Below, piece by piece: positions 30,941-40,823 of a stretch of 64,000 bases of DNA; the first letter of the stretch is position 1, and each line of letters starts with the position of its first letter. A program made the position numbers and the translations under genes. Under the pieces are notes generated by a model. The model was given only the letters and a program-made list of their open reading frames with translations, had not been told where the DNA came from and searched no databases. Source of the stretch: Candidatus Bathyarchaeia archaeon (lineage in GTDB: Archaea; Thermoproteota; Bathyarchaeia; Bathyarchaeales; Bathycorpusculaceae); NCBI GenBank assembly GCA_038882955.1, contig JAVZNC010000006.1, positions 1 through 64,000 on the forward strand. The letters run 5' to 3'.

Positions 30941-31993
30941 TTGTTTTCATATTTTGCATCTATGCGATTCGACATCGCCATGCCCCTAACGTTATTCGCG
31001 GTTACACTGATAGCAGTGATGCTTAACGAGAGAAGCGAGGGAAAACTGAAAAAGTCTTTGGAAGAGAGAAAATTCGGCACTAAAGATGCTGTCCTGTTAG
31101 TAGCAGCAATAAGCATAACAGTTTCCCTAATCGTTTTTGTTCCACAAACCGCCGTTATGACAGTGTTCCTATTCTCTTATTCCATGCTCCTTTTCCTATT
31201 CACCTACATCTTCTCAGACATTTCAAAGCCAAAAGCAAAAGCATTCTTCCTAACATTTTTCGTCGTTTCCCTAGTAGCCGCCATAACAAGCCTTTTCAAA
31301 TTCGGCGCAAACATCATGGTGGCTTACGGCGGATTAGCCCTAATATGTCTATCAAGTTTCGCCTTCGTTGCTTTCTTGTACGAAAATGTGCGGGAAAGCA
31401 CGAAAGAAAGGTTTTATATGGCGGTATTGCCGCCAGCACTTTTCCTCTGCCTATACTTGTTTTTCAGCGGAACTCCCGCATGGTTTCCCTACCTTATAAA
31501 CGCTTATGGAGTGATATTCGCAGTACTCGTAATAATCTACATTGGAAGCGTGTTTACGTGGAAAACGACACTAATCTTTGTTGGATTGTTAACACTTATG
31601 GACGTAATCCTAGTCCTATTCACTGGCACAATGGTTTCCGCGGCAAGACACGTTTCAAGTTTAAGGCTACCCATACTAGTAACAATACCAATAGTCCCAA
31701 CAATCATGGTTAACGGCAGCACACTTTACATGTCTTTAGGCTTAGGAGACTTCTTCTTCGCCGGAATAATCGGAATACAAACAGCGAAGAAATTCGGCAA
31801 AAAAACAATGCTATGGTCAATAGCCGCCATGTGCTTATCCTTCTTTGCATTTGAAACATTCATACTTAACACTGAACTGAGAGCCTTTCCAGGCACATTA
31901 ATGATTGTGTGCGGTTGGATACCAATCGCAGTTTGGAAAAGCATCAAAAGTGAAGAGAAACACACCAAAGGTTTAACCGAACAATGCTCCTAA
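30941..31993 (+). CDS. Presenilin/signal peptide peptidase-like GxGD intramembrane protease
   Basis: Multi-TM; LMDVILV and LGLGDF catalytic Asp motifs; FPGTL at the PAL position. Confidence 0.75.
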   Translation: MFSYFASMRFDIAMPLTLFAVTLIAVMLNERSEGKLKKSLEERKFGTKDAVLLVAAISITVSLIVFVPQTAVMTVFLFSYSMLLFLFTYIFSDISKPKAKAFFLTFFVVSLVAAITSLFKFGANIMVAYGGLALICLSSFAFVAFLYENVRESTKERFYMAVLPPALFLCLYLFFSGTPAWFPYLINAYGVIFAVLVIIYIGSVFTWKTTLIFVGLLTLMDVILVLFTGTMVSAARHVSSLRLPILVTIPIVPTIMVNGSTLYMSLGLGDFFFAGIIGIQTAKKFGKKTMLWSIAAMCLSFFAFETFILNTELRAFPGTLMIVCGWIPIAVWKSIKSEEKHTKGLTEQCS

Positions 31994-32296
31994 TCCTTCT
32001 AGGGCTTCTTCCTCTTTGGCTTTTTCTTCCTCGGTCTTTTTCTTCTTCTCTTCCTCTTTCGGTTTAGCCTCCGCCGGCTGCGCCGCTGCAGCAGTTGGCG
32101 CCGTCACTGGAGCCATCATTGTTGGAGCTGATTTTATTGCTTCTTCAATGTTGACTTCTGCTAGGGAGGCGACAAGCGCTTTAACGCGAACTGCATCAAC
32201 ATTTATTCCCGCGGCTGACAAAACCTGTGTTAGGTTTTCTTCATTTATGGGTTTTCCAGCCTTGTGGAGGAGCATTGCAGCGTAAATGTACTCCAT
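31973..32296 (-). CDS. rpl12: Ribosomal stalk protein P1 (aL12)
   Basis: [11 protein letters not shown]...EGLGALFG. Confidence 0.97.
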   Translation of the reverse strand: MEYIYAAMLLHKAGKPINEENLTQVLSAAGINVDAVRVKALVASLAEVNIEEAIKSAPTMMAPVTAPTAAAAQPAEAKPKEEEKKKKTEEEKAKEEEALEGLGALFG

Positions 32297-32334
32297 ATCT
32301 TTTCACCTCTTCATTCCAAATACTTTCAACCTTT

Positions 32335-33228
32335 TTAAGGCTTTTCACTCGAAACGGCTTTTTCCTCTAAATTTGGCAGTCTACTACTTAAACTTAACAT
32401 CTGCATGTTCGCCTTTCTAATCAAATCCCCTATCGTTTCCTTTGTCGGTATAGCAGCGTTCATTGCAAGAGCGTATGCCTTTTGATGGGCAATTTGCAAA
32501 AGGACTATGACGTTTTCTCGGGTTGGATAAGCCACGCTTAAGGACAATGCAAAAGCGTCGCAATGCGCCCTTTCAATGTCTTGTTTTACGCCATTAATGT
32601 CTAGTTGGAGATGCTCCTGAGTTATTATTAAGCCATCGTCGTATACCACTTTCATTGAAAGTCCAGCTTCAACAGGCTTTATTCCAAGCTTCGACAATAC
32701 GCTTGCCAACCGCTCATCAATAACCTCGCCTTTCCTTACAACTAACGTGTCCTTGCTAATCCAGACACTTCCAGATTCGATTCGCGTAGGCAAACCAACA
32801 GCGTTCAACTGGCTTATGATTGGACCTGGAGGCTGTCCAGTGTTTCCAGCTGGCACTATAACGTCGAAGGCTGCTATGTCGCCTGCTTTGGCTGTTGTTT
32901 TAACTTTGCTCTTTTCGAGGATGAGCGCTAACGTGAATGGATTTAAGTCGGTGAACAAGTACACGTTTGAGTTTGTTAAATGTTCGCAGAGTTTCTTTAG
33001 TTCCGGCTTTTCCTTGCAGTTTTCAATTGCAATCTTTATCAACGTGTTCTTTATAACTTTCATGTAAACTTTGTCTGCCAAGCTTTTCTTGAGTTCTTGA
33101 AGTTGTGAAGCCCTAACCTTCTGCAGTCCAGCAACGCCGATAACCCTATATCGCGTTAGAAGTTGCTTTATCCTCTCAACTTCGTCGACCTTTTCTTGTA
33201 GTACTTGTTGAGACGGCATTGCTTTCAT
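32335..33228 (-). CDS. rpl10: Ribosomal protein uL10/P0
   Basis: KNTL, GNTGQPPGP and operon context. Confidence 0.95.
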   Translation of the reverse strand: MKAMPSQQVLQEKVDEVERIKQLLTRYRVIGVAGLQKVRASQLQELKKSLADKVYMKVIKNTLIKIAIENCKEKPELKKLCEHLTNSNVYLFTDLNPFTLALILEKSKVKTTAKAGDIAAFDVIVPAGNTGQPPGPIISQLNAVGLPTRIESGSVWISKDTLVVRKGEVIDERLASVLSKLGIKPVEAGLSMKVVYDDGLIITQEHLQLDINGVKQDIERAHCDAFALSLSVAYPTRENVIVLLQIAHQKAYALAMNAAIPTKETIGDLIRKANMQMLSLSSRLPNLEEKAVSSEKP

Positions 33229-33232
33229 CTCT

Positions 33233-33883
33233 TTATGGCTTAATTTTAACGGGGGAGCCCATTGTCGTTTTTATGTAGGCGAACTTGATGTTCTTAATTC
33301 CCTTTTTAAGTTTTCCCTCAACAGCCCTCAAAATAGCCAGAATGTTTTCGGCTATTTCTTCTTCCTTCATATTTTCCGTGCCAACGCAACATTGCAAAAC
33401 CGGCTGGTTGCGCATCCTAACAACAACAGTTTTACGATGTTTCGCCAGCAAACTTTCAATATCCGCTGTAGGCGGAACGGGAATCGGCATTTTGCCGCGC
33501 GGACCCAAAACTGGACCCAAAACCTTGCCCACGAGAGGCATTAATGGGGCCTCGGCAATGAAGAAGTCATAATCGTTTGCAATTTTCCGCAGTTCCTTTT
33601 TCTTACCAGCCAGTCCCTCAAGTTCTGGCTTTTCAATAACAAGGTCGGCATTCGCCCTTTTCGCTTTAAGTGCAAGCTCACCAGAAGCTATGACGCATAT
33701 TTTATTCTGCTTTTCTGACGAGTGGGGCAGTTCAATTATTTCTTGAAGTTTTCCTTCAGAGGATTTCATGTCAATGTCTTTTAGGCTTAGAACAAGCTCT
33801 ATTGATTGGGAGAAATTCCTTTTCTTCGACTTCTCCTTTGCTTCTTTAACTGCACTTAAAATTGTTTTCTGGTCTAGAGGCAT
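33233..33883 (-). CDS. rpl1: Ribosomal protein uL1
   Basis: RNFSQSIEL, LGPRGKMP and KTTMG. Confidence 0.97.
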   Translation of the reverse strand: MPLDQKTILSAVKEAKEKSKKRNFSQSIELVLSLKDIDMKSSEGKLQEIIELPHSSEKQNKICVIASGELALKAKRANADLVIEKPELEGLAGKKKELRKIANDYDFFIAEAPLMPLVGKVLGPVLGPRGKMPIPVPPTADIESLLAKHRKTVVVRMRNQPVLQCCVGTENMKEEEIAENILAILRAVEGKLKKGIKNIKFAYIKTTMGSPVKIKP

Positions 33884-33934
33884 TTCAGCGACCCCGCGCC
33901 AAAAAGGAAATGTAAAGCGCTTATAAAAGTGTTC

Positions 33935-34429
33935 TTATCCCTCACTTTTGCTAAGTACTTGGTCATACTTGCCCTCATCGATTTCCGCCTGAACCTCTTT
34001 GGGGTCTTTGCCCTCGACGGTTACACCCATGCTGACGCAACTGCCCAAAACTTCTTTAACAGCACCCTTCAAAGTTTTTGCCAGCAGCTCATGGCGCTTA
34101 ATCTTAGCTATACGTATAACTTGCTCCATAGTCAAATTCCCAACCTTCTGCGTCTTGGGAGCACCAGAACCCTTCTCAATCTTAAGCTCGCTCACAATCA
34201 AAGCCGAAGTCGTCGGCGTTCCAACACTCACTTCAAAGGCTTTGGTTTCAGGGTCAACTGCAACCTTCACTGGAACCTTCATTCCAGCATAATCCTTCGT
34301 AAGCTCGTTTATCTTGTTCACAATAGCCATAACGTTAACGCCCAAAGGTCCCAAAGCTGGACCGAGTGGCGGTCCGGCGGTGGCTTGTCCTCCGCTGACG
34401 AGCAGCTCAACAACCTTTTTCTCGCCCAT
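33935..34429 (-). CDS. rpl11: Ribosomal protein uL11
   Basis: [18 protein letters not shown]. Confidence 0.98.
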   Translation of the reverse strand: MGEKKVVELLVSGGQATAGPPLGPALGPLGVNVMAIVNKINELTKDYAGMKVPVKVAVDPETKAFEVSVGTPTTSALIVSELKIEKGSGAPKTQKVGNLTMEQVIRIAKIKRHELLAKTLKGAVKEVLGSCVSMGVTVEGKDPKEVQAEIDEGKYDQVLSKSEG

Positions 34430-34432
34430 TTC

Positions 34433-34924
34433 CTATTCCTCACCTTTTGTTTCTGCTTCTGCTTTTGCAACAAGCTTCACATAGTCAGAATGCACGGTTA
34501 TAGGCAAGGTGAATGTGGCTTCAAGCAGTTCTAATGTAACTTCCTCCTTTGCCTTGTCTACGCGGGTTATTTTTGCACGCATGCCCTTGAATGGCCCGCC
34601 TGTGATTTCTACAATTTGGTTTTCGCTTAATTCCTCAATAATTGGCTTTCTGACAATGTATTTTTCGATTTCAGCGAAGTTCACAAACTCTGTTCGCATT
34701 CCACGTACGTGCCTTACGCCTTCTATTGCCCTCTGCACAATATGTGGGCCTTCAGCCTCTATGAAGATGAATCCCCGCAAAGTTTCTGGTACAAGGATTG
34801 CTTTTACTGGAATTTTGTTCATTTCGACCTTTGCAGCCACAAGTTTGGCTACGTTTCTCTCTTGTCCAGTTGTTGTCTTTACAGCGAAAATTTTTGTTGG
34901 TGTTTCTTCGACTTTCTTCTCCAT
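34433..34924 (-). CDS. spt5: Transcription elongation factor Spt5/NusG
   Basis: KTTTGQE NGN domain; KOW motif ITGGPFKG. Confidence 0.95.
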   Translation of the reverse strand: MEKKVEETPTKIFAVKTTTGQERNVAKLVAAKVEMNKIPVKAILVPETLRGFIFIEAEGPHIVQRAIEGVRHVRGMRTEFVNFAEIEKYIVRKPIIEELSENQIVEITGGPFKGMRAKITRVDKAKEEVTLELLEATFTLPITVHSDYVKLVAKAEAETKGEE

Positions 34925-34937
34925 TGTTTTCTCCTTC

Positions 34938-35132
34938 TTACGCTCCGCCCATTAGGGCTGAAGCCAACATTTTAATTATAAATCCTAGTACGCCTATTAC
35001 GCCTAAACCTAGAAAGCATATTTTTATTGATAGCCAAAGCTCGCTTTTATCTGGTTTTATTGCGAGTTTTAATGTTCTCGCGCATTGGGATAGGAATGAC
35101 CTTAAGCCCATGGTTCTTCCCAAACTCAACAC
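34938..35132 (-). CDS. secE: Protein translocase SecE/Sec61 gamma
   Basis: RTLKLAIKPDKSE followed by one TM; precedes spt5. Confidence 0.9.
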   Translation of the reverse strand: MLSLGRTMGLRSFLSQCARTLKLAIKPDKSELWLSIKICFLGLGVIGVLGFIIKMLASALMGGA

Positions 35133-35210
35133 TTTAAATCTGATATAAAGGTTACTGTAAATCCAAGCATTAATAATTATTTAAGCCCATTTCTATTAAA
35201 TTTTCCCGTT

Positions 35211-36035
35211 CTAAACTTTCTCATACCTAAGCCCAACCTCATCAAGCAGTTGAACTACTTTCGGCTTATCCTCGCCCTTTATCCCCTTCCAGTCCAAAAC
35301 AGCATATTCAGCCTTCTCAAAGGTTTTCTCTACGCATTGCTTAAGAATTTCAGAGTCCACCTGTGGAATGGCGTACTTTGGAATTATGTGGCCGAAGGCT
35401 ATTTCGCTTTCGATGGCTATCCTCGTAAACTTCGCATTATAGTGCGGTCCGCCTATTCCAAGAACTGCCTTAGCCTTAGACACGCCAAAATTTGCTATTG
35501 CATTCATTACTGCGTTGGCAACTGCTTCTGCTGCCCTCAAATCAGACCATTGTTTTGGAGAGCTGCCCAGTTCAGCAAACATTGTTGGCACATTTAATGA
35601 TGGTCCATGATGGGTGCATTCATAGCAAACATCGTACTGCAGCTGCATTTTCTCTTTAAGTTGCGCCATACTCAGCAGAGTATCTCTCATGGTGTTGGCT
35701 GGCGAAACAGAAACGTTTCTTGGAAGTCCGCCAAATTCCGCTTTGCCCAAATTTCCTGGAGTGTGCACAGAAAGCGTTGGGGTTCCGCTTTCGCTGCTGT
35801 GCCTCGAAATAAAAATCGCAAGTTCTGGATTCGCGAAAAAATCTGTGAGGTTTTGGGCGTAAATAGACTCTTGGTTTAAAGTTACAAGTTTAACAGCAAA
35901 ACTGTTAATTTTGGTTTCGTAAACTGGATTTTCGTCGAAGATTTCGCTTTTCCTTTTAAAAGGATAGCGTTTTAGGATTTGTTTTGCTATGTTCAAGCTC
36001 GCAATGTCCTTGTTTGACGCAATAATTAAGATTAT
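35211..36035 (-). CDS. dtdA: D-aminoacyl-tRNA deacylase (archaeal DTD2); start probably ATA at 36035
   Basis: SRHSS, LSVHTPGN, ECTHHGP, AELGS and GGPHY. The conserved-looking N-terminus IILIIASNKDIAS lies upstream of the called TTG (35996). Confidence 0.9.
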   Translation of the reverse strand: MILIIASNKDIASLNIAKQILKRYPFKRKSEIFDENPVYETKINSFAVKLVTLNQESIYAQNLTDFFANPELAIFISRHSSESGTPTLSVHTPGNLGKAEFGGLPRNVSVSPANTMRDTLLSMAQLKEKMQLQYDVCYECTHHGPSLNVPTMFAELGSSPKQWSDLRAAEAVANAVMNAIANFGVSKAKAVLGIGGPHYNAKFTRIAIESEIAFGHIIPKYAIPQVDSEILKQCVEKTFEKAEYAVLDWKGIKGEDKPKVVQLLDEVGLRYEKV

Positions 36036-36142
36036 TTTTCTGCCCCCTCCTACAATTATATGATTGTTATTGGTCGATTATGAAGTTACCGCCCAAAACT
36101 TAAATTGAATTGTCAAAAGATTTGTAAAAGGGCGCTCTAGTA

Positions 36143-36910
36143 ATGAAGGATGAATTTGCTTTTGAGGCGAAGTTTTACGACAAGATTTGGGGAAGGTATG
36201 ACTATGATACCGACGTGAAATTTCTGGACGCTTTATTTCGCAGATATAAATGCCAAAGTGTTCTTGATGTAGGTTGCGGAACCGGGAATCATGCGATGAG
36301 GCTAAGCCGAATTGGATATGAAGTAACAGGTGTTGATATAAGTACGTCGATGCTTAAAATAGCCAAAGGAAAGGATGAAGAAGGGAAAATTAGATTTCTG
36401 CAAGGTGACATGAGAAAACTTGAGAAAATCATCCCAAAGGGACAGAGATTCGACGCAGCAATATGTTTAGGACAAGTTTTTTCTAACCTAACCACCGAAG
36501 AAGATGTACGCACATTTCTAAAGCAGCTACATAACGTATTAAAGGAAAATGGAATATTCGTTTTTAACGTCAAAAACGCAAAGACGATTAGGACTGAATA
36601 TCTGGATAAGCTTTGCTTGGACCATATGATAAATGAGGAAGGATTGCAGCTTTTGATACTGACGTATAATACTCTTGATTCAGAAGATCCGGACATAATC
36701 GTTTGGAGGCCTATCTACCTAATCAACGAGAATGGTAAAGTGAATTTCCAGATAAGGGAACATAAACTTAAGCGGTTTAGATTTTCGAGGCTTAAGGAAA
36801 TAATGTCTGGAAGTGGTTTTAACATACTGGCGATTTATTCTGGTCCACGGAAAGAGGAATTTAGGGAAAATGAAGATGATACGATGTGGTTTGTGACGGA
36901 AAAACGATAA
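36143..36910 (+). CDS. Class I SAM-dependent methyltransferase
   Basis: VLDVGCGTG, GVDIS and QGDMR. Confidence 0.9.
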   Translation: MKDEFAFEAKFYDKIWGRYDYDTDVKFLDALFRRYKCQSVLDVGCGTGNHAMRLSRIGYEVTGVDISTSMLKIAKGKDEEGKIRFLQGDMRKLEKIIPKGQRFDAAICLGQVFSNLTTEEDVRTFLKQLHNVLKENGIFVFNVKNAKTIRTEYLDKLCLDHMINEEGLQLLILTYNTLDSEDPDIIVWRPIYLINENGKVNFQIREHKLKRFRFSRLKEIMSGSGFNILAIYSGPRKEEFRENEDDTMWFVTEKR

Positions 36911-36990
36911 AGCAATGTTCAAACTTTCTCCATATAATCGGAAAATTTTATAATCTGAACATAATGGTGTTGTCTGGAAGTGGTGAAATC

Positions 36991-37902
36991 ATGCATTTAA
37001 TCAACTTTAAAGAGTTGTCTGGTAAACAGTTAATGAAAATCATTAATAAGGGAATCGAAGTTAAGCGTAATCCAGAAAAGTTTAAGGATGCTTTGGCTGG
37101 AAAGTCTTTAGCCATGATTTTCCAGAAAACTTCCACGAGGACGCGTGTTTCATTTGAGGTTGCTATGACGCAGCTTGGTGGTCACGCGCTTTACATTGAT
37201 TGGAGAACGACAAACTTCGCTCTGGCGGATGTTTATGATGAGACGCAATATTTGTCGCGTAATGTGGATTATATAATGGCTAGGCTGCTTCGAAACGCCG
37301 ATTTGCAAGTCATGGCTAAAGCCTCACGTGTCCCGGTGATTAATGGATGCGATGAGAAATATCATCCAAGCCAAGCCATTGCAGACCTAATTACAATGAA
37401 AGAGAAGGAGGGAAAGCTTAAGGGACTAAAGCTCGTATACATTGGCATTCACAACAACGTTTGCAACTCACTTATAGAAGGATGCACAAAAACAGGAGTT
37501 AAAATAACAACCGTAACGCCAATATTCAACGAGCCATCACAGGATGACGAGCTTCTGGAAAACGCGAGGAAAACTGGACTTTGGGAAACAACATTAAACG
37601 TTAAAGAGGCAGTTAAAGACGCAGATTTTGTTTACACAGACACTTGGGTTGACATGGAATTTTTCTTAGACCCGAAGTACGCGGCAGAAAAGGAGAAGCG
37701 CATCAAAACCATGATGCCGTACCAAATAAACAAGGAACTGCTAAAGGGTAGCAACGCCTACATAATGCATGACATGCCGATACACCGCGGCTACGAAATA
37801 AGCGAGGACATGATCGAAAGCCCAAGATCGATAATATATGAACAAAGCGAAAACAGATTATACTCTGCAGAAGCAATATTGCTGGGACTGCTGGAAAAAT
37901 AG
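36991..37902 (+). CDS. argF: Ornithine carbamoyltransferase family
   Basis: FQKTSTRTRVSF, HPSQ and QSENRL; start at ATG 36991 after GGTGA. Confidence 0.85.
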   Translation: MHLINFKELSGKQLMKIINKGIEVKRNPEKFKDALAGKSLAMIFQKTSTRTRVSFEVAMTQLGGHALYIDWRTTNFALADVYDETQYLSRNVDYIMARLLRNADLQVMAKASRVPVINGCDEKYHPSQAIADLITMKEKEGKLKGLKLVYIGIHNNVCNSLIEGCTKTGVKITTVTPIFNEPSQDDELLENARKTGLWETTLNVKEAVKDADFVYTDTWVDMEFFLDPKYAAEKEKRIKTMMPYQINKELLKGSNAYIMHDMPIHRGYEISEDMIESPRSIIYEQSENRLYSAEAILLGLLEK

Positions 37903-37960
37903 GAAACAGCAACAATAAGCTACATGAAAAGAAAAAGTTGATAATAAGGGGCTCTGTGCA

Positions 37961-38473
37961 TTAAGCGGTTGGTGGAGGCGGCGTAGCAACTTTACCTTCT
38001 TTTAGTAACGTGGCAATTATCATTATTATCGCAGAAATCAAGGCTAGCCAAAAGCCAAATGAAAGATAGGCTGAATAATTCCATGAGATTTCCAAACCTC
38101 CAAAGGAGCCACTTGAAAACAGCCCCAGTTCGGTTATTCCCAACTCGTAGGATAACTGTGGAAGGTCCATTTGCAAGCCAACAGCAAAGACTATTATCGA
38201 AAGTAATGCAAGTGCTCCGGCAATAATTAGCATATATTTCCCTTTGATAATTATGCTTGCTAGAATCCCCAATACGCCCGCTATAATAATTAGGGCTAGT
38301 GCTGCCCAACCGTACCAGAAACTCGTATCAAATGTAATGCCAGAAACTTGATATGGATACACTGAAATGTCCATTGATAGTCCATTGTACGATAATATCA
38401 ACGTCCACCATGGCAGAACTAGACTGATAAAAGCCAGTATTGCCCCAACAAGGCCGATTATGTTTACTTTCAA
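37961..38473 (-). CDS. Four-TM hypothetical membrane protein
   Basis: Hydrophobic segments, LPWW, GFWL and Pro-rich tail. Confidence 0.7.
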   Translation of the reverse strand: MKVNIIGLVGAILAFISLVLPWWTLILSYNGLSMDISVYPYQVSGITFDTSFWYGWAALALIIIAGVLGILASIIIKGKYMLIIAGALALLSIIVFAVGLQMDLPQLSYELGITELGLFSSGSFGGLEISWNYSAYLSFGFWLALISAIIMIIATLLKEGKVATPPPPTA

Positions 38474-38562
38474 ACCATTTTTCTCCTAATGCCTACCCTT
38501 TCAAGGCAGATAATATATAATGTTTGCCATATTCAACATCTAAAAAACACTGTTTTGATTCA

Positions 38563-39468
38563 TTACTTCAATATTAGTTGTACGAATTTTTCTGGGTCAA
38601 AGTCTTCTAGGTCGTCGTATGTCTGTCCTGTTCCAATGAAGAGTATTGGCTTTTTTGTTACGTATGTTACGCTTATGGCTGAGCCACCCTTTATGTCCGC
38701 GTCCACTTTGGTCAGTATCGTCGCGTCTATGCCCACGCTTTTGTGGAATTCTTCTGCTTGCATGACTGCGTCATTTCCCGTAAGTGAATCAACTGTTAAG
38801 ACTGTTAGGTCTGGGTTTACTACACGTTTTATTTTTGCAAGTTCGTTCATCAAGTTTCTGTTCGTCTGGATTCTTCCAGCAGTGTCTATTAAAACAACGT
38901 TTATTCCATGTGCTTTCGCGTGGCTTATTGTGTCGTAGGCTACTGCGGCTGGGTCCGCGCCGTACTTGTGCTTAACCATCTTTATTCCCAAGCGCTTTGA
39001 ATGCTCTTCCAGTTGTTCTATTGAGCCCGCCCTGTAAGTGTCGCTGCACGCAAGCACGACTGAATAGCCCTTTTTTGTTAGGAGGTTAGCCACCTTAGCA
39101 ATTGTTGTTGTTTTTCCAGTGCCATTTATCCCAACAAAAATTATGACGAAGGGCTCACCCTTTTTGCGCTTTTCCTCTATAGCTTTGAAAAGGTCTATTT
39201 TGTTGTTTATAAGCATGACTTCGAGAAGAATTTCCCGAAGGTTTTTTTCAACAATTTTCTTGCGGTCTTCAAGCCTTTTAACTTGCACGCCATCCAATCG
39301 CTTTTCCATTTCGTCACAGATTCTCTCCGCCACTGGGAAAGCCACATCGTTTTCCACAAGGCTTATTTTAAATTCGGAAAGTATTGGGCGAAGATTTTCA
39401 GCTTTAAGCTCTGTTGTCGTGACCTTGTTTACTAGCCCCTTTAAGCCAGACTTAAGCTTCTCAAACAT
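38563..39468 (-). CDS. ftsY: SRP receptor FtsY
   Basis: GINGTGKTTT, DTAGR and TKVDAD. Confidence 0.97.
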   Translation of the reverse strand: MFEKLKSGLKGLVNKVTTTELKAENLRPILSEFKISLVENDVAFPVAERICDEMEKRLDGVQVKRLEDRKKIVEKNLREILLEVMLINNKIDLFKAIEEKRKKGEPFVIIFVGINGTGKTTTIAKVANLLTKKGYSVVLACSDTYRAGSIEQLEEHSKRLGIKMVKHKYGADPAAVAYDTISHAKAHGINVVLIDTAGRIQTNRNLMNELAKIKRVVNPDLTVLTVDSLTGNDAVMQAEEFHKSVGIDATILTKVDADIKGGSAISVTYVTKKPILFIGTGQTYDDLEDFDPEKFVQLILK

Positions 39469-39927
39469 TTATGGAGTTTTCTCCTCTCGGAGCTGGGCAA
39501 CTAAACTCTCAAATTTTTCGCGGTCTTCATTGATTTTTTGCATAACTTGGACAAGTTGGTTTTGAAGCGAACCCCGCGTTTTCTCCAGGTTTTCAAGCCT
39601 ACTCTTTATTATCTCTTTAGCCTCTTGTAAGGTCTTTTCAATTGAGACTCCAGCGCCCATGCCCACTATAACCTTGTCTGAGTTGCCAAGCTTCACCTTT
39701 ATGTAGGAGCTACCGCCGATTGGAACAAGCAGTTCAGCGTTTTCCTTTTCCTTCTCTAATCCTTCCAAAGACATGTTTGCGTATGTTAGGTCTGTTATTA
39801 CGGCGTTCACCATGTTAATTCTGGATTGAATGGTTTCAGCTGTCTGTTCCAAAAACCGCATTTCCAAGTTCAGCTTACGAAGTTCATCTTCAATTTTACT
39901 CTCCAACGTGACCTTCTCCAACAACAA
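39469..39927 (-). CDS. pfdA: Prefoldin alpha subunit
   Basis: Coiled coils flanking LVPIGG...VIVGMGAGV. Confidence 0.93.
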   Translation of the reverse strand: MLLEKVTLESKIEDELRKLNLEMRFLEQTAETIQSRINMVNAVITDLTYANMSLEGLEKEKENAELLVPIGGSSYIKVKLGNSDKVIVGMGAGVSIEKTLQEAKEIIKSRLENLEKTRGSLQNQLVQVMQKINEDREKFESLVAQLREEKTP

Positions 39928-40147
39928 GTTTTTTGAGGATAGGATTTTCTATCTCTTCGGGCTTTATCTCCTCGACACTTAATATTTTTATCTGGAAACG
40001 TTTAGCCCTATGCCTACTCCCCAACTCCGCATAAACCTTTTCAATGGCATGTTCTGGCTTTACGGCTACAACCTCCTTCGCGAATGACGTTTCCAAGTTT
40101 GGCTTTCGAATTTCACCCTTTATTCTGAAGACTTTCAACGTGTTCAT
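39896..40147 (-). CDS. rpl18a: Ribosomal protein eL20 (L18Ae/LX)
   Basis: AIEKVYAELGSRHRAKR. Confidence 0.93.
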   Translation of the reverse strand: MNTLKVFRIKGEIRKPNLETSFAKEVVAVKPEHAIEKVYAELGSRHRAKRFQIKILSVEEIKPEEIENPILKKLVVGEGHVGE

Positions 40148-40820
40148 CTTCCCTCACCACATCCAATGCATTCCCAATTATAAACATCTCGGGTCCAGTT
40201 GTCAAGGCTCCAGCAACAGCCGCATGGCTGTTGCAGATTAACCCAGTCCCAACGTAGGGTATTCCACAGTTAATCGTGCCAACATCAACTGGAACTTTCA
40301 ACACTTCTTCTAAAAGTTTTCTCTCTGAATCCTTCAGAAGCGGGTGGGCTAATACGCCCTTGTTTGTGGCAACAGCCAAGGCTCCGACATATGGCAAACC
40401 AGCAATCTCTCCCTGAACAGCTTCCACGCCCAAAGTTTCAGATATTAGTTTTACTTCAGGCGCTTTTAACCTTGGGTCAACAAGTGCTCCATGGTCATTT
40501 GCTAAAACCATGTTGCCGTAGGCTGTTTTCCGCGTTTCCATAACGGTTATTTTTCCATCGAAGTTGGCGCTTATTGCTTCAAGTTCCTCATCGCGGATTA
40601 TGTGTGGAAGAATGATGCCGTTCGAGTTTGCAGATGCCAAAGCGCCAACCAAAATGGAGCCGCCGATTGTTGTGTGTATTAGCTTAACTTTTAGCCATTC
40701 TTCAAACCGATTTGCCTTCTTAAGCGGAACAAGACTCGGGACAACAGCGATTTTGTCTGTTGCTAATGCGTAAACTCCTATGCTTGCGCTTCCAAAAAGA
40801 CTGGCGAAGTAAACTGGCAA
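40113..40820 (-). CDS. eif6: Translation initiation factor 6
   Basis: GNMVLANDHGAL, GTINCG and TTGPE. Confidence 0.95.
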   Translation of the reverse strand: MPVYFASLFGSASIGVYALATDKIAVVPSLVPLKKANRFEEWLKVKLIHTTIGGSILVGALASANSNGIILPHIIRDEELEAISANFDGKITVMETRKTAYGNMVLANDHGALVDPRLKAPEVKLISETLGVEAVQGEIAGLPYVGALAVATNKGVLAHPLLKDSERKLLEEVLKVPVDVGTINCGIPYVGTGLICNSHAAVAGALTTGPEMFIIGNALDVVREDEHVESLQNKG

Positions 40821-40823
40821 GCA

